Positions 50,501 to 64,000 of a stretch of DNA of 64,000 bases are shown one piece after another (the first letter of the stretch is position 1; each line of letters starts with the position of its first letter). The position numbers were made by a program, and so were the translations under genes. The notes beneath the pieces were generated by a model, which worked only from the letters and a program-made list of their open reading frames with translations, searched no databases and was not told the DNA's origin. Origin of the DNA: Lingula anatina (Eukaryota; Animalia; Brachiopoda); NCBI GenBank assembly GCA_051362555.1, contig CM120641.1:8928001-8992000 (forward strand), written 5' to 3'.

Positions 50501-53500
50501 GAGTGAAGTTTGTTATTATAAATCGAAAAAAAGGCAGCAATATAGTGGTGAATAAGTGAGTAAATTAGCTTTCATAAACACAATTAAAGCTTCTTTAGGT
50601 GTGGTACTACACTGGTTCGTCACAGTTATTTTCACCTTTAAGTACCGACACATTATCATTCATTCAAAAAAGTATCTTTCCCCCCTTTTATCTATATTTG
50701 CTTTGGGCTTCCTGGGATTTCACAATTATCCTCATTGCTTCTTAACGCTGTCGGTGTGCTTCAGTCCCAAAGAAGACGCTCATTTCTCTAAATGCTAAGA
50801 CAATGATAAAAAAAGTTGTTACCTCTAATTTTGCTGCTTAACTTAACACATCAGTTTTGTTACCATATAAGTTTTCACATTCAAAATATGCTACGGGTAA
50901 GATCTTATGAGTTATCATAGCTTTTGGTATTTTATTTTGCTTGACACAGAAAATGAGACTGGTTTTTCTTCTTTTTTTCCTGAGACCACTGATCTTATAT
51001 TGATATGTTTTAGGCCATGTCTGGAATTGGATCAAAGCAATCATCCAATGTTGATTATCAAAACACATTTATTTCTTTCAAAGATAAATGTTTTACTTCC
51101 GTCAATGTCACAAAACGCTCAGTATAAAAACAATACCGACACGCAACTAAAGATCAAAAAGAAAACAGGCCTGCCATTTTACTGCCAAATGGCATTAGTA
51201 ATAAATAAGTTGTCAAAAGATTGAAAATCGTGTAAAATTTCGGCGGCAAAAGTCCGTGGGTGATGGATGCGATAAATGGAGAATGGTCTGTAGTACAGAT
51301 CGGATGTCTCTACATAAAACAGCACTTTGTAAACCCATAGAAATACACCAGAAAACTTCTGGTCGCTACTCAAGTCCTTTCTGTATTGATTTTATATATA
51401 CCACAGATTTGATGGTTATGAAAGTACATTTTTCCTTTTCATTGGTATTCTCCAAGTCCAGTGAATCACGTTTCAACATATTAATTAAGGAACATCAACC
51501 TCCCCTACCCCCGCCACAGCCGTCTTCCTATCCCCCACGACCCCCAAAGGACAACACGCTATTGTGTTTTAACTGTTAACTGCTAAATTTTGGGTTGAAC
51601 AATGCCCTTAGTGTTTACATTTGTCAAAACTAAAAACCCAAGTCTTCAGACGTCAATGTTAGCATGGTAAAAGAGACAGATTCAGTAATTCAAGAGGTTT
51701 CGGAAGTGTTCGGTGATTGATTGTAGTCCTAAGGGTGAGTAATTAAAGCTCTAATGAAGTCAAATCTCGACTACTAGACGAAAGTGAAAGAGCAAATTCT
51801 GCCCTCTAGGGTATATTCCCAATATTACCGTGTTTCATGCTATTTTGGTTCTGTCAATGCGTCACTCTCACTAATTTTCACTGAATTTGATCACTGTTTT
51901 AACCCACGCCGAATTGACATTGCTTTCCTAATAGCTTGAGTGTTGTATAAACAGTGGTAACAATCTGTAAGAAAGCAAAATGTGTATTTGATTTGTTGGG
52001 ATTAATTTAAGATTTAAGTTTGAGTGCAATATGACTTAGTAAAAATTGAGGAATGGAGCACATCAGCTTTAGGTCAACGTCCTCGTTGCAAATTATTCAT
52101 TTTTCTTTTAATTATACTTTTAATATTCATTTATTAGAAATCCATTTATGGTCTTGCTCCTACTAAATTTTCTTACTGTTTATGAATGATCCACCGAGTT
52201 TGTTGCCAAACTCGCGGTGAAGGCTACCCTACGCCTATGCATTCAATGGCTCCAGTATGATATTTTAATATTTAAAATTCCAATGTATCAGCATGCACGA
52301 CTTATACATTTCGTCACATTTTGAATGTTAGAAAATGTCATAACCCATTGCATACATTCCAGCAAGCCTACGTCTTTCTGTTCTATGCAAAGATTAGCCT
52401 TGTTCCTTTTTTGCTGAGACTTCAGAAAGGAAAGAAAAAGGAAAGATAATTGAAATCACGCCAACAAGTGAGGCTACAAGTGCGAATTTGACTGAAACAA
52501 AAACATATCGGTTTTATATCCCAGGAAATTATCAGTCGGTTCAGTGAGTTCTAGTTTAATAAATAAAATATGTTTGTCTTTCAAAGTCATGTTTCCGTAT
52601 ACATGTAGTGGATCTTTTCTGACCTATGCATGAAATTTGTTAATGTGTTATGTTAAATGATATTCATTTTTTTCATTTGGTTCTATCTGGGTTGTATATG
52701 ATCACTTTTTTGGTTAAACAACTATATGCACTAAGTACCCTTCTCGTAACCGTCATCCGCCCTTTTCACGGGAGAGCAAAACAAATAGCCCCCGATCAGA
52801 TTTATAACAAATTACTGAATTTGCCAACTTTAAATATTTCATATGATTTAACTTCATGTTCTTATGATTAATATCAGATAAAGACATATGAATTACCAAC
52901 ACGACAGAAGGTTCGACTTTAACACACACACAAACACACAGCACCATATACATGACCCGCAATGCTTATTAAGTGGTATCAGTTGTTGTGGCTATCATGA
53001 AACGAGGTCAAATGTGTGTTCAGTGATTTTGTAACTCTGTGAAAATGAATGACATTTAACAAAGCCATTGGATGCCTAAAAGTGTTGTTTAATTCCTCTA
53101 CTGAGGGAGCGCTTTCCAATCGAAACTTCTAAAATATGCATGTGTGCTACATGAAGCACCATTGCTGTTTTTCATGGATTTCTCCAATGCCCATGCATGG
53201 CTTCTTAAGTTGAAAGATTGACAAAGCCAAGACCAATCCCAAAGTAAATGAAGCAAATCTGCCTTAAGATAATGATATCTCTCGGCTCTTAAAGGTTTCT
53301 TCAATGTCAAAATCAAACTTCTCGTCTGAAGATTTGCAACGTCGCATTTAGTGAAATTCAAAATGAATTAATTACTCTCTGTTACAGGGATAACAACTGT
53401 TCGTACATATTTCACAATAAATACATTGTAGACAACGCTCAGAAATATAATATACATTCTGTTTTACCGCCAAAACGGCAGTTAACGAAATTATTCTGGA

Positions 53501-56500
53501 ATTTGTGCTTGCCATCACATCACGTGAATCCCACAGATGGCTACACTGTTATAATCTCTTAAGAGAATATTACAAAAAAATAAATAAATAAACAAAAAAT
53601 TAGAAAAAAATTTTAAAAATTAAAAAACGGGGACTAACTATGAATGTTGGCATGGAATCATTACCCATTGGAAAAACTGTCCTTTATCCCAGGAAAATCT
53701 ATTTTTTGGCCAAAATGAACAGTTGTTATCCCTTTAAAATGCACCTAACGATCAATTTTTCATTATGTATAAGACCAGCGTCACGTAAGCAAACGTAGGA
53801 GAACCACTAATACATGCATTTGTCTCAAAGCATCCAACAATTAGTTACACACTCATCAGAATCAACCAGAAAACCTTTGACCTTTGTGGCCATAATTGGG
53901 TTTTTGTCTGTTACCCCAAACTGCAAGTCTCAGCATTCCGTCGCTTTACTTTGCTAACATCTTTCATTTTATCGTAATCACAAGCAGCATTATCTACTTA
54001 AACGTTTGCACAGTTTTGTAATTGTACGCATAATAAACAGTGAAAACGTTTCTTTGGCCACATATATGTGTGTAACTATCATCACAAACAGGCAATATGA
54101 TATTTCAAAGGTGCGTGTCAGGAAGTTAGCATGAATACCCAAATGACTGGAAGGGTTTCAAGTTCAATCTAATGTCTCTACCTTCGTTATCATTTGTTTC
54201 TTCAGAAATTTGAACTTTTTCTTCACCCTGTCCCCTGTGAACCACATAATTCTTCTGTCGATACGCGACTAGGTGATGAAATTCGTAGTAGTTCTAAGTA
54301 TAGGCTTTGTATTAAATAGTGAAAGCATCTCTTATCACCATTAGATGACACATACAGAGTAGCAGTAAGTTTTATGAGACCAACATCAAAATGACGCCAT
54401 CCTTTTCTTTTTTTTTTTTTTTTTTTTGCTTTTTAGCTACTTAGTTTGCGGAGAAGAATTTTCATAGAACTTATTTGGTCGTGTAGCTAAATTTTACAAA
54501 TACAAAGAAATTGATGCTTTAAGGATAACAGACGCCACAACATTTTCTTCCTTGTCTGAATTGATTTTTTTCTCTTTTTTTTCTGATAATAGGTAACAAA
54601 AACTCCCTGTAGCTATCCTGAAATACAAACGGATATTACAACCCATTAGAAGATGACTCCTATATTCATATTGAATATGCACTGACAATGATTGAAGATG
54701 ACGCATTAGTTAACACCCCACTGTTACCAGGACCTAAAATACAACATATTAGACTTCTATTAATACAGTCTTAATAACCCTAATGACACATCACCATTTT
54801 GTAAGAAGGCTGTTTACGTAATACTTATGCTGTGTCACGCAAAAAATAAGTATAAAAATGAATAAATAATAAAAAACTACGATAAAAAAGAGGGATCTTT
54901 CTTTTCATATTTTAGCCAGTCATCTCAGGTTCCAGCCAAAGGCATTCGATATATCATGACGGGATGTAATATCAGTAAGAACATTATCGTAAATTCTCGC
55001 TAATTGACGAACATATTAGACATTCTGAGCACACATTACAAAACTCTCATATAGAAATACCGTCATGCTCTCATGACACTGTCATCATCTCGAAAGAGCA
55101 TAAAAGGATAGGGAATTCTTTGGAGAATACAAACCCATCTTAGAGAACGAAAGTCTGAGCGGGTTTGATCTTTACTGAACTAAGTGGTTTAAACATTTTA
55201 CACTGTAGGTATGGTAGATGTTGCACAAATATGTCAAATAAAATCAGTCGAATCATTTGCAAGTACAACACAATACCTGTACATAAGAAAACTACAAAAT
55301 ATATGATAAGTTGACATGTATCATGTAAATGCACCATTTATTAGACCTACTAGTACACCATCTGAAGAGAGACAAAAGCAGTGAAAAAAGTCTACTCGTG
55401 ATTGATATCGCCATTGTACCGGTTCTGTGAGAAACATCTAACCATTAGTTGCAAAGAAATGTATTATTTCTGCTTACATAAAAAGTTATTTTGTTATAAG
55501 TTTCCCTTAAAAAAGCTCAAAGCTGAGTGGAATGCATATTGTAATGTCATCGATAGATAAAATGTCAAGATAGCTTTTTCTCGTGGTTTACAAAACCAAA
55601 AAAGGTTTGCTTTTGCCTCTTCCATAATAATATTAACAAAAAATGTCCATTGCTAAAAATGATTGTTAAGACATAGTTTTTTTTTTCACAATTTGACAAT
55701 AGGTCGAGATTTTAAACTCTGATTTTCATGTTTAAGATACTTTTGGTAATTTCTTGTAGTGCACCAATTTTTAAAGAAATAAAAAAGAAATCAACTTTCT
55801 ATTACAGGAGCCGAAATTACTACCGTTGCCTAAATCCTAGTTTTAATATTTTGAATTTTAATGCTAAAACACTCGATATCTTCAATATTACCAAACTTAC
55901 CTTTATTGTAACGATCAACGAAAAGTCTGGTGTTTCTGGTATTTACCAGGTTTCGATACCAGTTGCCCGCTTAGAAAACACCCAACAGAAGCGATCTCAG
56001 TATTCAAGAACGAAAAGCCTACTCCTACATTTATAAGCAACAACTTATATTTGAAGAGAGGCCTTAATCCTTTCGTGCTGAGATTTTCTCTCTTGAAATC
56101 ACTGCAGCGCTCTAAACCTTGTGATAAATGCAAACGAATCGAGCTGAAGATTGATCTTCCGTTTTTGCTTTCGTGCTAACGGAATAGAGTGAAAGTTCGA
56201 AACCAGGTCAAGAATATGTTTGGAATCTTCGCTTGATTGGATCCAATGAAAATAAATCTGGTCCCAGCTGTAAAGCCCAGTATTTTAATCTGTTGATGAG
56301 GTGAAGAGATGGTCAAGCCCCTGATCTATCTTGAATAAATATACCAGTAGTGATGAATACACAAACATCATCTGTCTTTTTTTAATTACCATCTGATGTT
56401 GTTTGAGTAAAGCTTTAAGAAAGCCTTCAGATGAGTAAGTACCTGATTAAAAATAAGAAACACTTTTAATTTGTTCCTTCACAGAAGTCGTCAGAATTAC

Positions 56501-57299
56501 ATAAGACCATGAATAACATCAAAACGTAAGCCACCCTGATAAACACCAGTATAGTAAACAATTTATAATAACAACACACAGTATGCAATTCATTCCAAAG
56601 TGTATGCCCTATGTAATGTCCAAAAAACCTCATCATCACACATTCATCTTAGCGGATAATAGCAGATATACCATTATCCAGTGACATTTAGAAAAACAGT
56701 CACATGAGCGTTTGTCGGGGATGTACATAATATGCAACTATAACTGCATGAACAACAAAAATGCCGTTTCAAGTTAACATCTGTAAGGGGACTGCAAAAT
56801 TGACGCACTACATAGAAAAGTGAAGTTGAATACACTCTGATTAAAATTAAAGATCAATATTTGGTAATTTGAAAAGAAAAAAACATGTCATATCTTTTAT
56901 TTTCCCAAAGTGACTTATATCAGGTATTTTGACAGACTGTGACGGGCAGACGATTTGACTTCGTCTCCTTGGGATTGACAATAACGACAACAACTTGGAA
57001 TACAATCAACTTAAAACTAATGAATGTAACGCTTTGCACTCGCACAAAATTCATTAAGGGAATATTTCGTGCTCTGCAGATTCTCACATTGCCAAAACAT
57101 ATCTTTGAATCACATGATCAATGATGAAAGTGTTCTCGATACAAATAATTATTCTATCATGTTTGCAAGTATATTGGATTATAATCGCTCAGTTGAAACG
57201 GTCATGCATAAATAGTTGTATGATTTTTGATTTTCAAGCGAAAAAATGTCATATCAGAAAATGTCGTCATGTGAGTAAGTGTTTTAAACTAACGAAAAG

Positions 57300-57600
57300 A
57301 AATTCTCTTCTTCCACATTTCTCCCTGCTTTTATTGTCCACTTTTCACCCTAGTTTCATTGACCATTTCCAACTATTGTTAGTAACCACTTTTGACTATT
57401 AGGTTTGCTTTCCATTTTTCTTCCTCGTTTTAATGTTCACTTTTCTCTCTAATTATGTTATCTGTTTCTCCCTAGTTCATTGTTCATTTCTCTCCTGGTG
57501 TCATTAACTACTTTTCCACTTATTCCGTTCCTTGTATATTCTCTTTCGTTTCGTTTTTTAACTCTAATTTAATTGTCCATTTTCTCCCGAGTTTGTCCCT
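57300..57600. repeat. Degenerate pyrimidine-rich tandem repeat
   Basis: Recurring TTGTCCA(C/T)TTTTC-CCCTAGTTTCAT-like units. Confidence 0.45.
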
Positions 57601-60600
57601 CCAATTTTTACGGCCATAATTGTCCAAAGTCCTGATAAAACATAGATGTTTCGGGCTACTCTAACGGTTCGTGGGGAAATGAGCGATGGTTCAGAACGAT
57701 GATTTGATTGACGGATATCAACTCAACTTAACCGGTGACAAAAAACGGAACTAAGTAGAAAATACTTTTACTCGGGTTATACCAATAATTGTTTAGCAAG
57801 TTCCTGTCATACAGATCATTTCCCCGTTCTATTGTAAAAGCGCCCAGCACTGTGGAAGAGGGTGAGTTTAGCATATACATGTACATACCTAGAGATGTTA
57901 TGTATCCAGGGCGATATAAATTTCATTCGGTTTAAGGGGTGTTTTTGCTGTGAAATGCTTACTTTCTCTTGGTTTGTATGAATGTCAAATATTACATCTC
58001 CACCCTCACTCGATATATCCCTTGAAAACCTCCCCTGGCATATAGCGCGCGGGTAACAGTGCGTTATCTCAAGCACATGATGATCTTGAAAGGGGCGGAT
58101 ACCGAAAACCAAGACGTAGAGGGTCTGTAAACAATTGGTTAACTGTGTTACCAATTGCGCTTATGACAAATAGATCCCAATGGGTAACAGCATAAACATC
58201 ATATTACCTATTCCAGGTTTAGAGTCTAAGCTTAAACAACCTTTCTACTGTATATTTAACATCTATTGTATTGTTCCAATAGCGTGTGTGTGTGTGTGTG
58301 TGTATGTGTGTTCGTGCGTGTGTTCGCGTGTATGTTTGTCCTGAGCCTGTAAGGCCACATTCATTGCAAAAATGTACTGGCAATGAAATAAATAAAAAAT
58401 TGCCCATGTGATTAGTGTGACACTAATGACGCAGAACTAGCTTCGTGACAAAATTCCATTACCGATGGGTTTCCCTGTCAGAACAAACCTTGCTTGTCAG
58501 AGCGCGCATGATATGGCGATTAAAACACGACAGTGGAGATCAAGGGACCCCTAAGAAATCCCTGTATAAGCGATTTTAACCAGCAATAGCGTGTTAACAA
58601 GGTTTTTTAAATGGCTGGTAGGAAAACACGCAGGTGATCAGAAATATCGGTCAAGGTTTATTTTATGTACATGAGATGAAATAACCGTATCAATAGCTAC
58701 ATGACACCTTCTAATTGGGAATTAAATACATAACACTATATGATAAATATTCCAAGTTATATCGGCGCTAATTAAACGTTTCATTATCAGGCAAAACCTC
58801 ACAAAGGAAAAATCTCAAACCGAAGATTAAACCTCCATTGGCTTTTATCTTTCACCTCAGAGAAAGTGAAAAAGAATGTCAAAAGAACGTTTGTGAATAC
58901 CTAGAAGATCAACAAGAGCGTTAACCAGTGACAAACAGATTTATTAGAAGCAAACGCTATTCGTTACCTTGGCTTTGTTCACATGTTCGATTTTTAAGTC
59001 ACACGATGGACTCAAGGCGTGTCTCAAATCAAAACGCAAAAGTGAGTAGGATCAGTATTTTATCGATAATACGGTGAACTGTGAGCTCGAACGAATAGAT
59101 ATTATAATAAATATTGGCAGGACAGAGACTCCGAGCGGCAAATCCGTCAAACCGGTTCGAACTTGAACCCGATGTCTCTTAATTAAGCCCAACGTGAATG
59201 AAACCGTACGGAACATTGGTGCCAAGGAGATGCAAGTCATTAATCAATTACCTAGGCTAGGTGTTTTTTTCTAAGCGCGCTCCCAGTTCCTAAAAAGCAA
59301 AAGTGTAAATTGATAGTTCTTCTGTGCCGGAAATTAAGTTATGCACTCATCCAATATTGGGTATTTTTGTGCGATTTGCTTAAGAACATTATATACTACT
59401 TTGGGATCTGTCATTAACTTTTGGCTGCGTTTGCCCTTTTTTCGACCGAGAAACATTAATTATCAAAGTCAGCATTTGTAAAAATGAAAAAAAAAAATGA
59501 AGGAATATATTTCAAGGCAATAGGTTATTCACCCAGGCATTATATTTTACTCAATATATTTCAAACCATTCAAATTATTTTTGTTAGCAACGAGCTCGTT
59601 AAAACGTAAATTGCAATTTTCTGTTAAATCAATTGCTTTTTTCCAGAAAAAGAAAATGTTGAAGTTCCACTATTACAATCCTTTTCATCCACAGATTCAT
59701 CATGTACATAAACGACACTTTCATGCTCATTATTCATCTCGTCAACACAAGGAAAAGACAGCATCACAAATCGTGCACGACCCTTACTGTTACGGTGAAT
59801 AGAAGAGCTGTCTCATCTTCTTGATTGCTTTAAAGCTGATAAGAAGTATTAAATCTGCTCAGTGCCACCATTAAACGTCATTTAACATCTCTTAAGCAGA
59901 TACAGCTGAAATAAGACAAACGAATCGGTTTTGGAGATTTCTCAGTCTGGTAAGTCGGCCGTTGTTTCATAATCAAGTCAGATCGAACAGTTAGAACTTT
60001 TAATTATTTAAAAATAATTATTTAATATTTTGAGACTATAAAAGTACAAGGTCAGGGCTTTTGCTTGTCTTCCAAATCCATTTTTTCAGACCTTACCTCT
60101 CAAAATTTTATAAAGTTTAATTTCACTTAAGTATAGCATTTAGTTGACAGAAAACCCTTTTTATGTCATGGTTTCCAGATAAAACGACCCAACTTAGTGA
60201 GATACCAACTAGAAAGTTTTTTTTTCAATATATGATAATCCTCTCCTTTTGGACATCGCTCAAATATTGTAATATACAGTGTAGGTTTTCCTTGTGTTTA
60301 CACACGTAGATGGTATGCCCTCTGATGAGTCATAGATAAAAAACGTGTTTAGAAACACTTTACTTTTTGTCAACATTTGAATAACAAGACGAATATTACA
60401 ACCATCTGAGTTTTTGTTTCTCTTAATTTATTATCTTTTTTATTCATGCATCCAATTATTATTATTATTATTATTATTATTTTTTTTTGGGGGGGGGGTT
60501 CACATAAACTTATCGTACCCATATATTATTCATAAAACAAGCGACTGAATAGCATGAAAAATCTTACGAAATTACCTAATTTTCCTTACCAATGATTTTA

Positions 60601-61049
60601 AAAAAGTTTGTTTTGTCATAATTTATTAGACTTTAAAGCTTGTGTCGTAAGAAGACTATTCCCAGATGTAAGTAAAATTCAGAGAAAGAATCTCAGAGCC
60701 CCATTGAGCTTGAACTTTGTCTTCAGAGGTCGAAAAAAAATATATAAAAAGAGAGATTAACGTGAGGTTAGGATTTTTTGCACTTTTTAAAAAAAAAGGA
60801 CAGTTTTTATCATAACTCTCGAATTGATTTATAAACATGCTTAACAGTAATAGATAAATAGATAAAAAGAATGAATAAACATTACGATGAATGAAGAAAT
60901 AAATTTTAAAAAGATTAATGTTGGCATTAACTCATTTTTAGATTAAAGACAATGACTCTGAATGACAAGGCAACTGTGTGCCATTGCCGCATCACAATGT
61001 GATATAAAGTTAATCTGTATTACTACAGGGTAAGAAAAAGGTAGAAACA

Positions 61050-61435
61050 ATGGAGGGACAAAGTTTACTCGGTGGTGGAAAGTCAAGTATCACCAATCAT
61101 CAAGAAGAATCGGGAAACATGAAATTTTTCCAAAATGCAGATGCTTGGTCAAAGATCAAAGACCTGAAAGACACATCTTCGCAGTACATGAAGCCAGTCA
61201 TTTCTGAGATGAGGAAACATGGTGAAAAAGCTATGAAACAAATGAAAGAAGATATAGAAGCTACACCGTTGAATTCTTGGAGGCAAATTGGAATGGCCTG
61301 CCTGGCAGAATTTCTGGGAGTGCTTTTCTTCGTCTATATTGGTTCAATGTCTGTGGGAACAGGGTCAGCGACTGCCATTGCACTCGCTCATGGACTCACA
61401 ATAACGGCCTTGATAATGACAATTGGACAACTTAG
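61050..61435 (+). CDS. Aquaporin (MIP family, AQP8-like), coding exon 1
   Basis: ACLAEFLGVLFFVYIGSMS...IALAHGLTI...; AG|GTAAAC donor, phase 2; acceptor at 61028. Confidence 0.88.
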
Positions 61436-61795
61436 GTAAACCATTTCAAATTAACCGTTATCTTTTGTCTAACCATTTCGCTGTGAACCAGATGCCCTTT
61501 ATTCCCGTTTGATAAATGAAAAAATACAACAGTCTAAATGTCAGTTTCCGATGTTGTACAATTTCACCTTTGCCTTATTACTTCAAAACGTGGTAGGCCC
61601 TATACTATCTTTCGTCATCAAAGACATCCGTTCTTAATCTGGCATCTAATGTTTTCTGCAACTTAGGAATTTCTTTGTTTTATCCAAACTTCGCCCAAAA
61701 TTTGGCATCTAATAGCAAATCAGTAGCATTCATTTTTCTTATAAACCTAAAATGGCCATCATTATTCATACAAAGTTGCACGTTTTTTTTTTCAG

Positions 61796-61922
61796 CGGGG
61801 GACATTTCAATCCTTCTATTACTCTAGGAGTTATGGTGGCCGGACAACTGAAGGTTGGCATCGCCTTGGTCTACTGTTTTGTACAGTTGTTTGGTGGCCT
61901 GGTAGGCGCTGGTCTGGTCCAA
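61796..61922 (+). CDS. Aquaporin exon 2
   Basis: ttcag|C; SGGHFNPSITLG...YCFVQLFGGLVGAGLVQ|GTAAGT. Confidence 0.92.
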
Positions 61923-62803
61923 GTAAGTGTTGTTAATATTACAGTTCCGTTCACACGGGGCAAAACCGGTTTAAGCCAAATATCGGGGTTTGGCTGAGGT
62001 GCATATTGATTGTAGTGTGAACAGGTCAACACGACATATTATGCAATTTATCATGAGCAGTATTCATTGGCAAAGATTAGGATGAGGGTGAAGAGTTGCA
62101 GGGTAGGCTACCGCCTCCTGACATCCTAGATCCGTCAGTACCTTAATTGATCGTTTGGTTTCCGTTAAACAATTTACAAGAGCAGTATTAAAGTTTAAAG
62201 TTTGTCTTAGGTCAAGCTACTGGTTGTCATTTGTTTCTTCCAGTACAGGTTCTGCATCTCATTTATATAGGAACCTGTCTGAGACCGTTTTAAAGAATGC
62301 AACTCTTTGTTGCAAAAAAAAAAAAAAAACCTTTATACCACAAGAAATCTTTTCATCTGTTTTTGAAAATGACTACTTCACACTAAAAAGCAATTATCAC
62401 AGAACTGCATTTCTCCATTTTCTGAAAATTAATACCTTTATGTATTGTATTTTGTGGTGAAATGAACTATTCCCGCCTTGATTTCCTTTATTTGATTAAG
62501 GCATTCTTTAGGTCTCTAGCGATCTTGTCATCAACGCTTGAAAATGTCTGTGATTGAAGATAATTTTTTGATGGCGTGACGAAGACCAGTGCCCTTGAAG
62601 CCCTACGTGTTCATCATGATAATGCCCATATGTGGTTTTCTGAAGTGATGAAGCAGTTTGTTTTCTTTCACAACCTCACACACTGGTAAATGAAAAAAGG
62701 ATGATTGAAAACTATGTTTTTAAAAGAAAATACTTAGCACAGGATTATAAAAGATAAATATTCTCCTTTAAATTTTCTTATAATAAAGAAATCTCTTTTC
62801 CAG

Positions 62804-63048
62804 GCAAGTCTTACAAACAGGTCTTTTGCCGAAGACCCAAATGAAGAAGACGCTAAGGTGGATATTAATGGGGGTGCGCCACAGTTAGACCCCCGGGTCA
62901 CTACCCCAGGTGGGGGGTTCTTCATTGAGGTAGTCTTGACTTTGGTGGTGGTAATGAGTGTCTTGATGACCGCCATTGAAAGCCGTGGCAGGAATAAAGC
63001 AGCACCTGTGATCATAGGGACAACTATTGCAGTTTGCATAATGGCAGG
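62804..63048 (+). CDS. Aquaporin exon 3 (gene continues beyond the window)
   Basis: ttccag|GCA; INGGAPQL...FIEVVLTLVVV...APVIIG...MAG; GG|GTATGT donor; the exon with the second NPA is not in the window. Confidence 0.88.
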
Positions 63049-64000
63049 GTATGTATTCTTAGAAGCCAGTTTCATTTCATTCTACACTATTTTAATTATT
63101 TTATTTAAAAGTTAAAAGGGTACGCTTGTGTGAATCAGTAAGCATAATGACTTCCTGACTAACAAATTATATGATTATAAAACATAAGTAATGATTAGTC
63201 TCGTTTTCAGGCGGTCAAGGCTTTTACAACCACTTTGCGTGCGTTTTCTCATTATTTGAAACTGTGTTTATTAAAAAAAGGCAGTCAGTAATGCCGCTTA
63301 AGTCTGATAATGATGATGCGCACTTTTCTATGCAAAATTCAGGTTTTCTGTCTTGTTACAAACTTATCTAGTTCGTCAGACTTGCACACATTGCAGATGG
63401 GGAGATCTGAGGGGGTGTAAAGATGACTTGATTCGAAAATTAAGAAGTCCCACTTATTTATGTCTGTTGAAAAGTAGGGGTAATAGGAATGATAATCCAC
63501 TGGAAACCGTAGTTCCTGCCCCATCACTTTGTATAGAGGTGATATTCGTCCGATTTTACTAACCCCCATACCTCCGCTAACAGACGAATAGTCACTCCCA
63601 TGCCTCCAATACATGAACCTTGATATTTTTTTCTTATTAAGTTTTTTTCTTGATTGGGGCTTCTGTACGCATCATATGGGACCCCGGGTATTCATTCCTA
63701 AAATTACCATTTCTGTCACAGCGCTTTTGAGCCTGCAACTGACTGGTGATGGCAATAAAATAGTCTACTTTCTCAATCATCTTTGTCGTCTCAGATCTTT
63801 GTCTAAAATTGATCATTAGACCCTGACTATATAAGAATAACTGATTTATCTTACGTAACAAATACCAAAGGCACTAAAGCCAGACAAAATTGACAAGTTG
63901 GTTAACGAGTGCGACCGACCCTAATTTGGAGTAAATAAAAAATTTTGGGCCCACATTTTTCAAGAGGGGAAAAATGCATGGGGCCTTGATGTTGTAAATA

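Overview
AT-rich eukaryotic DNA with GT-AG introns, most consistent with a marine invertebrate (probably a mollusc or other lophotrochozoan; this is an inference from gene and transposon families). Five host genes are present. Two are tandem four-exon paralogs encoding stand-alone class II aldolase/adducin-head proteins (5680-7922 and 12621-17501, + strand) with unrelated N-termini, one resembling a mitochondrial presequence. Two are convergent two-exon luqin/RYamide-receptor-like GPCR paralogs (24730-28145 +; 41690-38429 -) sharing one intron position. The fifth is the 5' three exons of an AQP8-like aquaporin (61050 onward) with an NPS motif. Transposons are abundant: a 3.5-kb Academ-like TIR element, several MITEs, a full-length decayed Tc1, Tc1 fragments, a TSD-flanked 400-bp RTE derivative and a CR1-like tail. 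The most unusual structure is a TSD-flanked BEL/Pao element (32057-35031) with an open gag-protease ORF but no RT/RH/IN. Its two ends look like complementary halves of one LTR separated by an 8-bp duplication, and the ORF reads through a stop-free 64-bp tandem array. All calls were made by eye, and no database searches were run.
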